A stretch of 64,000 nt of DNA. It comes from Guillardia theta CCMP2712. Taxonomy: Eukaryota > Protista > Cryptophyta. The translations under genes and the position numbers were made by a program. Position 1 is the first letter of the stretch. Each line of letters starts with the position of its first letter. The stretch covers positions 71,214 to 135,213 of the forward strand of contig NW_005434574.1 of the NCBI RefSeq assembly GCF_000315625.1. Direction: 5' to 3'. The notes under the pieces were generated by a model. That model did no database searches, was not told the DNA's origin, and saw only the letters and a program-made list of their open reading frames with translations. Shown here piece after piece: positions 35,483 through 47,047 of the stretch.

Positions 35483-38400
35483 ATGCAGGTAACTAAGGCA
35501 GCAAGGAGGAGGAAGAGATGGACAGAGAGAGGAAGAAGGAGAGGAGACAAGGGATCAGATGATGAAACAATTGTTGACTGTGCTCAGACGCAAATCGAGG
35601 GGGGTGGGAGGAAGCTGTAAGACAGGAACGAGGGCATTTCGTCGCAAGGATTTCTTGTTGCTTACAAGGCTATCTTGCAGTGATCCTGAGCCAGCAGTGC
35701 ACGAGTGACTGAGGATCTTTGATATGTCCATCGCTAATATCGGTGCTACAACACTGAGCTCGCTCAGAAGTATGAGCATGGATCAGCCCAAGGGCGGAGT
35801 AGGCCTCGTTTTTACCAAGGACGTAAAGAACGCAAACTTTCTGATCGTGAAGAAGGTACTGCCATCCATGACGAGCCATGCGATATGAATGCACGAAATC
35901 AGGTTGTCGAAGGAGGCCCAGCGCAAAACTGTGGATTGATCCAAGTTGGAGATCGGCTAGTGAGGATTGATGGAGTTGAGATTGGTTCTCCCCTTTCCGC
36001 GCCCGTAGGACAAAGTGACTGAAGCTCGTGCCGTAGGGTCAGCGCCGGCAGAGCAAACCCCCCAGCTCCCTGGTCCGCATGGGTCAAGAGTGGGTCTGAC
36101 CTTTGAGAGATCGCTGAGCAACCTGGTACAGAGCTCGAGTCACTAGGAAGAGGTCCTAAGGTGATCGCAGGCGTCAGATCGTTTCTACAACAAGTCCTTC
36201 ACAGTTCTGCTCACGAGGAGCCGGGTAGACTTGCTCTTGACAAGACGATCATGGCACTTGACCATCGTGTTGTCCTGCAAGGATTTCTTTCCGGACAAGT
36301 TGTCGCAGAGTGGTATGAGCCAAGACTCGTTCGACGAGGCTCTTTCCTATGAGGGCGATCGGCCGACCCTCTCGAAATCATTTGTGTGGACTTGCTCTTG
36401 TTTTCTTTTCACTGCCTGCTCACTTTGCTTTTCTCTGTCAGATCTCATCTCAAAATGGCTGGTTTTCAACTGGATATGAGAAGATTGCAAACTTGGCTGC
36501 AGCGGTAATTTCTGATGCGCTGTCTTGATGGTTTGTTTGATCCTGGGGGTAGATGGAAGGGCAATCGGATTACAAACATAAGGCTAGGATGTCTGTTTGA
36601 CATGTGCATCGTGCTTACGAGATCATAGGATCTGTCTCCAGTCTCAAGGAATGGAAATGAAGTTTTCTCTGTAACCAGGTCGTCCCCGCTGTCAACCGGT
36701 TCCATTCTTCTTGACGAGTTGAAAGCAGAAGTCCCAATCCGTCGAACTTCAACATATCCAGCAACAAAGAAGACATCTTATTTAAGCTGGAAAGCCAGAG
36801 GTTCGACAGTTTGAGCCGCATAGAGAGTCAACAAGTATGTATCAGCGCTTCTTGTACCCCTGCGTTCATGGCCTCCTGACTGCTAGCTGTCTTCGTGCTT
36901 TGTGCAGACGACCAACGATTCCAAGACGGAAATTGACAGACTGGAGAGGCAAAACGCGGAGTTGACCTCGAAGATAGCCAATCTGCAAAGAGACTACGTA
37001 AGCACAACAAGTATTGATGCCGTACGATGAATAACAAGCTCGTCTCCAGGAGAGAGACTATGCAAAGCTCTTGGAAGCCGAGAGTTATAAGGCGCATTAC
37101 ATGGAATCGGCAGAGAAGATGAAATCTCTCACCGAGGAGTTGAGGATGGTCGCAGACAAGAATGTCATCCTAAAAGCTGAGAACGACAACCTCAAGATCA
37201 GATTGCAAGAGGTGGCTCATACTCCAATCCCTCTTACATCTGAGATTGATGACAGTTTCCCGAAGAAAAATTTCAAAATTTGCTGGCTCAAGTTGAAAGC
37301 GCTGTAGAGAACGAAGGGAAACTTCGAAAGCAGAATGAGCAATTGGCAAAGGAGATTGTGAGGCTGAGGACAGAAGCGAGGAGGCAGCAAGTTGAATCGA
37401 GCGGTATCGTTCGAGTGTTGCCTGCTCTTGACTTGGCTCTGAGAGAGCACACAGAACATCAGAATGAGTCGATTGATCATTCTAGAGACGTGGATGAATC
37501 ACACGTGATCGAAGACCTGAGGGAAGACTACAAGAATCGGGAAAGGAAGCTCCTCGGCGAGATTGTTCGAATGGAGAAGCTGCTAAATTCGAGATCAAAG
37601 ATCTGGGAGGACTTGGATGTTCCAGCTAAAGTGATCCGAGGGGTTGAGAAGGGATAGACAGTGACCCTTGATGCTGCAGGAGGAGATTGACATTCACAAG
37701 AAGCATGCAGAAAGTCAAGAGCAGAAGAAGAAACACGATAGGCTCGAGAATGCTCAAGGTGAGACCTGTCTGGATGGGTGTGAGCTCCAACGCTGAATCG
37801 TCTCTCCTCCCCAGATTCTCAGGACCTGAACAGGTCAGTCAGCTTGTCGTTGACACATACATGCTAACAAGAAGATTTCGGGTGTTTCTTGACTTTTTTT
37901 GTAGATCCAAAACAACCGGCTTACTGTTTCCGTTTGAGAAATCCACCTGGGCAGAAGATGTGGAGCAAATCAACAGCCCATCCATCCAGGTGTGTGTGGG
38001 AAGAGCCAAGAACCTCCCCAGCACCCACCAAGGAGATCAGTTTTCCTTCCGTGTCCTAGTCAACGAGCTGGAGTTGGGAACCACCAAGTCGTACGAAGGG
38101 ATGGAGGTGATATGGAATGAAACCTTCCATAAGAAGATATCTCTACATGAACAAGGGCTGGTCTCACTGCTGCTGTACCATCAGTCCAACGGAGTGAAGC
38201 TTTGCGTCGGATACGTTGCTGTTCCGTTTGATCGGCTGCTGAAATCCAAGGTGGAAGAAGGTTGGTACGAGCTGAGAACAGACTCGAACGAGCTCCTCAA
38301 GAACGGATTCGGACACACGCAAGCGTTGATCAACTTCACGGTGATTGGAAACTGGAATGCTGACAACATGGAGAGTCAACCCGTTCAAGAAAGGCAACCA

Positions 38401-40518
38401 GAAGTCAAGCCTGTCGAACCTCAGCAGGAGCCGGAGCCGAAAGAGGAGGCCCAGCAGACGTCGAGCACCGAGCATTTCCTTGCCAGTGTCAAGCACGTCG
38501 CTCTGGTCCTGGAGGTCGGCATCGGCAAGATCACTTCGTCCCTGGGCGAGCAGTGCTATCAGGGGGCCACCTGCGAGCTACAGCTGGGCAAGCACTCCTT
38601 CCGAACGAAAGAAATCCAGGGGGCAGCGCTGGAGTGGAACTCTTCGACCCAGTTCCCGGTCGAGAGCCCAGAGACTGAAGTCCTGGAGGTTCGAGTAGAC
38701 ACTGGGAGGTCTGGGGTCGAGGTCGGGCGCTTGTCTGTTCCCGTAGCGCTGCTGGAGCAGATGGGGGGGAAGCTTGACACGGTCATCCCACTGCGAGACG
38801 AGAAGGCGACTGACCGGCAGAACATCGTGGAGATCTTCATGAGATGCTCTCAGATCGACAAGGACGTGGAGATCCTTCATGGGTGGCTGATGGACAGGAG
38901 CCGCACGAAGCTGAGGTACTACGTGCTGGACCCCTTCTCTCAGGTGTTGTGTGTCTACGAAGATTACGACTGTGCTCAAAAGGGTCAGCTCAGTGATCGG
39001 ACGAGCATCCGAGAATGTTCGGTGAGGCTGGTTGAGAACAGTGACAGCGTCGACAAGGCTAAGACCATCTACTTCGATGTCAGCACCTCCTCCGCCACCC
39101 TACAGCTCGCAGCTGAGGAGGAGGCATGGAAACAGTGGTTCGACGGGATATACCGCGGCGGCCGCACAAACATCAAGTTTCCTGAGAGGAGCAAGGAGGT
39201 TGAGACTGCGCAAGAGGAGAAGGGGCCCGAGGAAGTCAAACAGATTGACATTCCAGTCCCCGACGGGCTGATAGAGGTCTACCTTACCAAGGCCCGCAAT
39301 ATGCCTCTGGTGGAGGACGAGGAGCCCTGCTGTACCGCTGTCATCCAGCTGCTTGACCAGACTTTCATCACCTCCATTACTCGACCGTCGAGCCAGCCCA
39401 CCTGGAACGAGAGCTTCTGCCTGGTGACGCCTCCTCCCGGCAAACAGCTGATCACTGTCGTGTTCTTCGGTAAGAAGGCTCAGCATGCCGGTAAGACCTC
39501 AAGAGTGTACATCGGACATATCGCCGTACCCATCGAGAGAGTGGCCGAGTCTGGGAAGGAGGAGGGGTGGTACGAGATCCGCGACTCGACCGGGAAGCCG
39601 GTGCAGAGCGAGAGCGGGCAGACTGCCGTGCTCGCCAGGTTCTGCTACCGAGGGACAGAGCCGAAGACGCACGTCAGCGGGTGGTTCCAGGTTAAGGTGG
39701 ACAACGAGGACGAAGTGAAGAAGAACTTCTTGCTGCTGAACCCTTACACCGAGTGCATCTACTTCTATCCTGACGAGGAAACAGCCATCGCCAAGGCTGG
39801 CAAGGCCTTCGGAACCAGCATCAACATCCGAGGCTCCTCCGTAGTCATGCCGGAGCGGCAAGGCCAGCAGGACCAACCGCAAGGAACCGTCGACATGCAC
39901 GCGTTGGAGCTGAGAACTGGGAGAGAGACGCTGCTGTTACTCTCAAGCTCGCAGGAGCAGCAGCAGGTCTGGTACCAGGCGCTGTCGCAGATCGTCAACG
40001 AGCGCTATGAGAACCAGGGAGTCACCTCCCCTAAGGCTGGCGAGTGCACTCACCACGTACAGGTGGTGATCGAGCGGGGCAGGAACCTGGAGGGGCTGGT
40101 TGACCTGCCGTCCTTCGAAGGATACTTCTGCACGCTCCAGGTCAGGAAGATCAAGAAAACGACGGGGATAAGGAGCAACGCCGATGCTCCCGAGTGGTCT
40201 GCTGTGTTCAACATGCCGTGCTCCGAGCATGTCAACGACCTCGCCACCGTCGTCCTGTACGCCAGAGACAGTCAGCAAGGCAACCTGGTCATCGGACACA
40301 TCGCTGTGCCAGTCCTCCGCGTCCGCCAGGCCATGAGGGAGGAAGGATGGTATGAGATGAGGACGCAGAAAGGAGAGGTCGTGTCTAGCCCCACGGGCAA
40401 GAGCTCGATCTTAGTTCGCTTCTTCTGGATCGATCATGCCAAGGACTGGTCGGAGCAGTCGAGAAGCGAAGGCAAGGAGCCTTCTGGCATACAGAAGGAG
40501 AACCAAGTCTTCATGTAG
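35483..40518 (+). CDS. Multi-exon protein with N-terminal coiled coil followed by C2-C2-PH-C2-PH-C2 domains
   Basis: Many short exons 35.5-37.9 kb (coiled coil ESAEKMKSLTEELR); long exon with repeated A.NLP...WNE.F...IGHIAVP..R....EEGWYE.R (C2) and GWL...YYVLDP...W..GI (PH); start approximate. Confidence 0.75.
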
Positions 40519-40579
40519 CGATTGAGAGTAATAAATGATGAAGTGCAAGAGCAGATTTACTTCTGCTCTCCTCTCTCCG

Positions 40580-40846
40580 CTCCTCCTCCTCCTCCTCCTC
40601 CTCCTCCTCCTCCTCCTCCTCCAACTATCCCCCTCACCAACTCCCTTTCGCTTCTCTCCGCCTTACATGTCTGTCGTCCTAGCGTCTTGCCGTGTCTCCT
40701 TCCAGCTTCCTCTTCCTCCCTTGCCGCCCCCACTCCCTCGATGATCGACCACTCGTATCGCCCATTCACTATGTTTCCGAAGGAAATGAAGGGACGCAAC
40801 AGGAGGGGATTACGGGGGCGGTGAGGGAGAGGAGAGGGAGAGGGAG

Positions 40847-40886
<40 letters not shown>

Positions 40887-40961
40887 GACAGGGAGAAGGG
40901 AGAGGGAGAGGGAGAGGGAGAGGGAGAGGGAGAGGGACAGGGAGAGGGAGAGGAGTCGGAG

Positions 40962-41021
<60 letters not shown>

Positions 41022-41025
41022 CTGT
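40580..41025. repeat. (CCT)n and (GGGACA)n/(GGGAGA)n microsatellites
   Basis: Direct reading. Confidence 0.9.
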
Positions 41026-41136
41026 CCAGCTCTCACAATCAGCTTAGGGGGAGGGGTGGAAGGTGGGAGAAGGGGGGGGGCAACGAGGATCAGCGTGCTG
41101 ATAGCTCTTGGCAGATGAGATGACAACGCTGAGAAC

Positions 41137-44100
41137 ATGCGAGCACGAGCTCAACTCCTCCTCGCGCTCCTCGCATGTTCAGCCTCCGTTCGAGCCGTCT
41201 CTCATTGTGAAGAGGAGACGAGCGCTGGCCTACAGGTCTTCAGACCGTCAAGGAATGAGTATGTAAGGACGGGAGAGGTCGACATCGAGTTCCGAGTCAG
41301 CAGGCAGACGTCGAGCAGGTCTCGTTTCTACATCTTCCTCAATGACACTGAGGTAGCGAGTGGGATGAGAGGAGGGGAGGGAGAGATCATTTCTCGCTCC
41401 ATCCTCCTCCTCGAGCCCGGCAGGACTTCGCTGACTGTCATACACTCCTGCGACGACGGCGCGGGGGAGGGCCTGGACAAGGAGAAATACATAGGAGCCG
41501 CCTTGTCCTCCTTCACCGCTGTCGACCCCTCCACAGCTGACAGTCACTTGCTCCAACCCGATCAGCTCAAGTCGCATGACAGGATTCAGGTCCAGCTGCC
41601 CGAGCGCGGCTGGTCGGTCGTCGTAGAGTCCTCGCTCGAGAGAGATCCTGCCAAGTACTCCTCCTCCGACGACAGTATCGACATCGACTGCATGGTCATT
41701 CAGTCTTCTCTCACCGACGTCCCTTCCTCTCCTCCCGTCCTCCCCCCTGGCACTGAGGTCGAAGGAAGAGCTACCTTCAGCGGGCAGCCAGCAGGAGCGG
41801 TAACTTGGCCTCCTCTCGGTTATGACCATAGCCTGAAGCGCTCGACGTCGATATCGAACATGCACTTTCAGCTAGCGGTCAAGGACATTCAACGGCCGGG
41901 CATCTACAACTTCACTGTGCTGGTGAGTGCGAGGAGCCTTTTGACAAGACAAGTTATGCTGATGACGTGGCAGATCGATCTGCGAGACTACGGTATGGTG
42001 GAAACACAACTGCAATTTGAGTTTGAAGGGACGTTGTCTGATCCCCTGGAGAAGAACTATCCCGTCGCTCGGTCGTCAGGTTGAACTTGCTGCAGGAAGT
42101 CTTGTGCTAACAGGACACCCCTACAGATAGCGTCTTAGTCCGCTGCCTGGTACTCAGACCTGAACTTCTCTCCTGAGTGAATGATCACCATGAACAGGAA
42201 GACATGTGGACTTCACATTCTTGCTGGTCGTTCGTCAGGTCAAGACTGTTCAGCACCCCGTTCGTCTTGACGCAGGTGGTGAAGGAAACGAGTCTTGTGA
42301 CATGTTCGATGTGATTTGTTCTGATCTTCCTCTTCCCTTCGTGGTTCCAATGTTGCTGTCCCTATTATTCCATCCCCTCTCCTGGCTTTCTCCTCCCCTC
42401 CATTATTCCATTCCTCTCCTCTCCTCTCATCTCATCTCACCTCCTCCCCTCTCATCTCATCTCATCTCATCTCCTCTCTTCTCCTCCCTTCTCCTCTCCT
42501 CTCCCCTCGCCTCCTCTCCGCTCCACTGATCTCCTCACCTCACCTCACCTCACCTCACCTCACCTCACCTCTCCACTCAACTCCTCTCCTCTCCTCTCCT
42601 CTCCTCTCCTCTCCACTCCACTCCTCTCCTCTCGTGTATGTTCATTTCGTCTCCCTCTCTTCCCTGCTCTTATGAACTGCTTCTCTTTCCTGCCACCTTA
42701 CGTCCCTCCTTTCTCTCTTCCTTGGTTTCCCTTCCTCTGTTCTTTTCTTGACACTCGTTCTCAGCTGGAGCTGATAATTCTTTCTCTCGTGTCAAATCAC
42801 TTCTTCGAAAGGTGAGGAACAAGTTAAGATTCTCCATCTCATATACTCTCCAGAGAAAACAACGCTGAATTCCGGAGGATTTTTCCTGCTCAGTATGTTC
42901 CTTCCAGATACCAGGTCTCAGCCTCCTCTACCGCCACCACCACCTCCTCCTCCACTCGCTCGTTGTCTTGTATCTCCTCCCTGCTTCTCATTCCTTTCAT
43001 GGATTCTCTTCCTGCCTGTCCCATCTTTGCTTTCTCCCTCTTCCTGCCCTTCTCCCTTCCCTTTCCCTCGATTTTCTCTCCTTCCTTCCTGCTCCCAACT
43101 TTTCTCTCCTCCCTCTCCCCCTCTTCTCTCAATTCTCCCCCCTCATCTCAATCTCTACAGTCTTGTGCGGTAGTCGGCAACGCCGGACACATCTTCGGTA
43201 GCGCTCTCATGATGACGTGGCAAGGCTGACTTGCTTGTAGGCTCAAAGTTGGGCGCAGAGATCGACTCGCATGAAGCTGTAATGCGATTCAATGAGGTTG
43301 TACTTGCTCCATGGGAGGTTCAAACGTGATCATGTGCTGCACAATGAAGATTCTTTCTTGGTTGTTTCATTGAATGATATCAACCAGAGGAGCAAGTGAT
43401 TGTGTTGGCAGTGCATTCTTGTTTGTAAACATTGTGGATCTGCTTTTGTTGGGTTTTCTAGCTCTAATCCTTACTATCAGGCTCCAACTGAGAGTTTTGA
43501 GGAAGATGTAGGCGGCAAGACTACGTAAATCATCATCATCATAATCATAATCATAATCATAATCATCATCATCGTCGTCATGACATTGCTCGCAGTCACA
43601 GGATTGTGCATGCCAGCGATCCTATCAGGAAGTTCCTGCACAAGGTGTGACTTCAGCGTTTCTCAGCTGGTGGGTGACCGCAAACTTCCCAGGTCTGGGC
43701 GGTGAAGAAACCCCGGAGATCCTCTTCTACTACCCCAACTTCAAGAACGACGTCGAGGACGCGCTGTACTGGTGCTGCTGGGCCCCTCCTGGGGTCAGAG
43801 GGTGGTACAAGAGCTGAGAAACTCCTGCAGGGTGGTGAACAGAACGAGGGAGGACATCTTCTTCATCTCCCCCTCCTTCGTTCAGTTCGCGTGGAAGCAG
43901 ATCAGGTGCCTTGGGCCCTCCTGTGCTGGGGGTTTGCTGAGGGGCAGCCAGCGCCAAGGGCCTTGACAAGATCCCGACCTCGGGCTTCCTCGGCATCCTG
44001 TGACTCCCTTCTTCCTCCCTCTTCGTCCTCCTTCTCCTCCTCCTCCTCCTCCTTCTCCTCCTCTTTCCATCCTCCCTCCTTGTGCTCCTCATCCTCATCC

Positions 44101-45053
44101 TCATCCTCATCCTCATCCTCATCCTCATCCTCATCCTCATCCACCATCACAACCTCCTCCTCCTGCCCCCGAACCCCTCAACCTCCTTCTCCTCCTCCTC
44201 CTGCCTCCCCTACTGCCTTCTCACCTCCTCCTGCAGCTGGGCCCTTCAGGAATGCGACCGGGTGAGCACATATGGCTTCGGCTCTTACCGACAGGTCTCT
44301 CCGCCTCCCTCCTCCTCCTCTCCTCTCCTCTCCTCTCCTCTCCTCTCCTCTCCTCTCCTCTCCTCTCCTCTCCTCTCCTCTCGTGTCCTCGGTTCTGTTC
44401 CTTCTGTTCCTCTTCTTCTCCTTGATTGTCCTTCCTTCCACTGCTCTCCCTTCTCTCCTCCTCTTCTGCCCTCCTCCCTTCCCACTCTTCTCCTGCTCAT
44501 CGCACTCGGGCTCTTCTCTCTCCCTCGTTGATTTGTCTCGCAGCTACACAAGGAGGACTCGGATGAATGTATCAGCGGATCATGTAATTTTCCTCCTCCT
44601 CCTCTTCCTCCTCCTCCTCCTCCTCCTCCTCTCCCTTCTCCTCCTCCTCCTCCTCCTCCTCTCCCTTCTCCTCCTCCTCCTCCTCCTCCTCTCCCTTCTC
44701 CTCCTCCTCTCCCTCCTCTCTTCTCCTCCTGCTTCCTCCACATTTCTCCTCCTTCCTCCCTCCTGCAGTTCTGTCTCTCCCTCCCTATCCTTGTTCATCA
44801 TCTTCCTCTCTCTCCTTCTTCTCCCTCCTCTCCTACCTCCCTCTCCCCCCCCTTTCTCTTCTCCCCTTGACTCACTCTCCTCAAGGTACTCGACGTGTCG
44901 TTCCTTCCAACGAACTTCCTCGACCTCGCAGCGGCTACAGGTTCCCCAGCTGACCTCCAGCAGCGGCCGCGTGACGATGTCAAGGTACTTCCGATCGACC
45001 GACGAGCGACCTTGGTCGTATGGGCACAAGGTGAGGGGAAGGAAGAAAGCACT

Positions 45054-45092
<39 letters not shown>

Positions 45093-45392
45093 AGATTTAT
45101 GATGGGGGGAGAGGGGGGATCAGGACGAGGACGGGGAGAGGGAGAGAGAGGGAGAGGGAAAGGGGATGGGATGTAGCAGAAGAGATGTAGTAGATGGAAG
45201 ATGAGGGATGAGGAGGACGAGGACGAGGAGGACGGCAACTGCGGCAATGACGTGTGCCTGGCAGTGGGGCGAAGAGGATCGGATGCATCAGGTAAGGAAA
45301 GTTCATGTACAGCACAAGACATGACCCTCCTCCTCCTCCTCCTCCTCTTCCAGGTATGGCACGACGGCGGGCTCCTCACCCGAAGGTTCTAG
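41137..45392 (+). CDS. Glycosyltransferase family 29 (sialyltransferase-like) with signal peptide and long N-terminal extension
   Basis: Spliced sialylmotif L: SCAVVGNAGHIFG|SKLGAEIDSHEAVMRFNE|APTESFEEDVGGKTT; motif S: IPTSGFLGIL|WALQECDRVSTYGFG; motif VS: HK|WGEE via 27-nt exon 45265-45291; stop 45390-45392. Confidence 0.85.
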
Positions 45393-45572
45393 CGGAGCTG
45401 CCCTCTCCCTCCCCAGCAGCAAGGGGATACTTCTCCTCGAGGAAGCGCTCAAACTGGCGGCAGGCAGCAAGGAAATCTCCCTTGCTCTCCTCGGTGTCGG
45501 CGATGACAGTGGGACCGTCGACGAAGCGAACGCGCATCTTGAGATCAACCTGAGGACAAGAGCCGTTCAGAG

Positions 45573-45609
<37 letters not shown>

Positions 45610-46762
45610 AGAGCAAGAGCAAGAGCAAGACTGGAGAGAAGGCAACGACAAAGACAGAAGAAATGAAGCAGGAATCCAGGAAGAACTGGAACTGGCAGAT
45701 GATAATGAGGAGGAGGAGGAGGAGGAGCAGCAGCAGCAGCAGCAGCAGCAGCGGCAGCAGCAGCAGCAGCAGCAGCGGCAGCGGGATTTTGGGTGGTTCA
45801 AACAGACCTCCTCCTCTCCAGCATCGGCACCAGGAGCAGGGCGGGCAACAGCCTTGTCATACTCCTTCCTCTCCTTCTCTGCAGTGGCAGGACGGTCAGC
45901 CCATAGGACGATGGCGCATAACCTTACCCAGCTTCTCATCCACAGGGATCTTGATCGCGTTGACCCAGGCCTCCCCGTCAGCGGCTCCTCCGTCAGCTTC
46001 TTCACCAGGTCCAGGAACATCTCCAGGTTTCCGGGCCGCCAGTACGCCTGCCCCCCTTTCAGCAAGGAGAGCACTCGAGAAATCCCATCCCCCCCCCTCC
46101 CCCCCCCAAGCCCCAGCCTCCCACAGTCCCCGTCCCACAGAGTCCTCCTCTCTTCCTCCTCAAGCTCTCCCTCGTCCTCTCCCTTCCTCGGCTCCCCTTT
46201 CCTCCACATCGCCTTCTCCTCCCCTCTTCTCTTCTCTTCAGGTCCCCTTTGACTCATCATCACCTCCTCGAGCATCGGCCCTGTTCATGCATCAGCTCTG
46301 TGAACGTTCGCTTCCTCCTCCTCCTCCTCCTCCTCCTCACCGATCTTGTTGTTGTCCACAATCTGTCCGAAGTTCTTCAAGAAGAAGTTGCGAGTTTGAT
46401 GCACCGCCATCTCAGCAAGAACGTAGCCTGTAGACATCATATGAGAAGGAAGACAATAAAATTGCAACGTCGCATGAAACAAGAACGCACATAAAAAGTC
46501 AACAAAGACTTCATACGATAAGGAAAGAGAACAACAACATCGCGAAAATATCACATGAGAGGAAGGAGAAACGTGTGTCATAAGATTACAGGAAGAAGCA
46601 GGCAAGAGTTTCAAAACTTCACATCATCGGGCTACTTCCCGCTCACCATGGTAATAGCAGGCTGATTCGTCGGAGAGCAAGTGAGGTACAGAAAGAAGAG
46701 GGCGAGGGGATGGTCCTCCTTGAATCTCGAGCTCGATCTTCCAATGTGCAGTCAGTACTCTG
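45376..46762 (-). CDS. 3' part of an M3-family-like zinc oligopeptidase gene; the 5' part is lost at the assembly gap
   Basis: Exons IELEIQGGPSPRPLLSVPHLLSDESACYYHG|YVLAEMAVHQTRNFFLKNFGQIVDNNKI...AYWRPGNLEMFLDLVKKLTEEPLT resemble the C-terminal region of M3 peptidases; HExxH not in view. Confidence 0.65.
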
Positions 46763-46862
46763 NNNNNNNNNNNNNNNNNNNNNNNNNNNNNNNNNNNNNN
46801 NNNNNNNNNNNNNNNNNNNNNNNNNNNNNNNNNNNNNNNNNNNNNNNNNNNNNNNNNNNNNN
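46763..46862. other. Assembly gap (100 N)
   Basis: N run. Confidence 1.
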
Positions 46863-46882
46863 CCCCATCCCCATCCTCATCC

Positions 46883-46938
<56 letters not shown>

Positions 46939-47047
46939 TCCATCTCCATCTCCATCTCCATCATCATCACCATCATCATCATCATCATCATCACCATCAT
47001 CATCATCATCTCCATCATCTCCATCATCTCCATCATCTCCATCATCC
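46863..47047. repeat. (CAT)n / (CTCCAT)n microsatellite beside the gap
   Basis: Direct reading. Confidence 0.95.

Noticed and set aside
45551-45807. Poly-Cys/poly-Ser stretch in ORF 45376..46275
   Set aside because: Lies inside a minus-strand GT-AG intron of the peptidase gene
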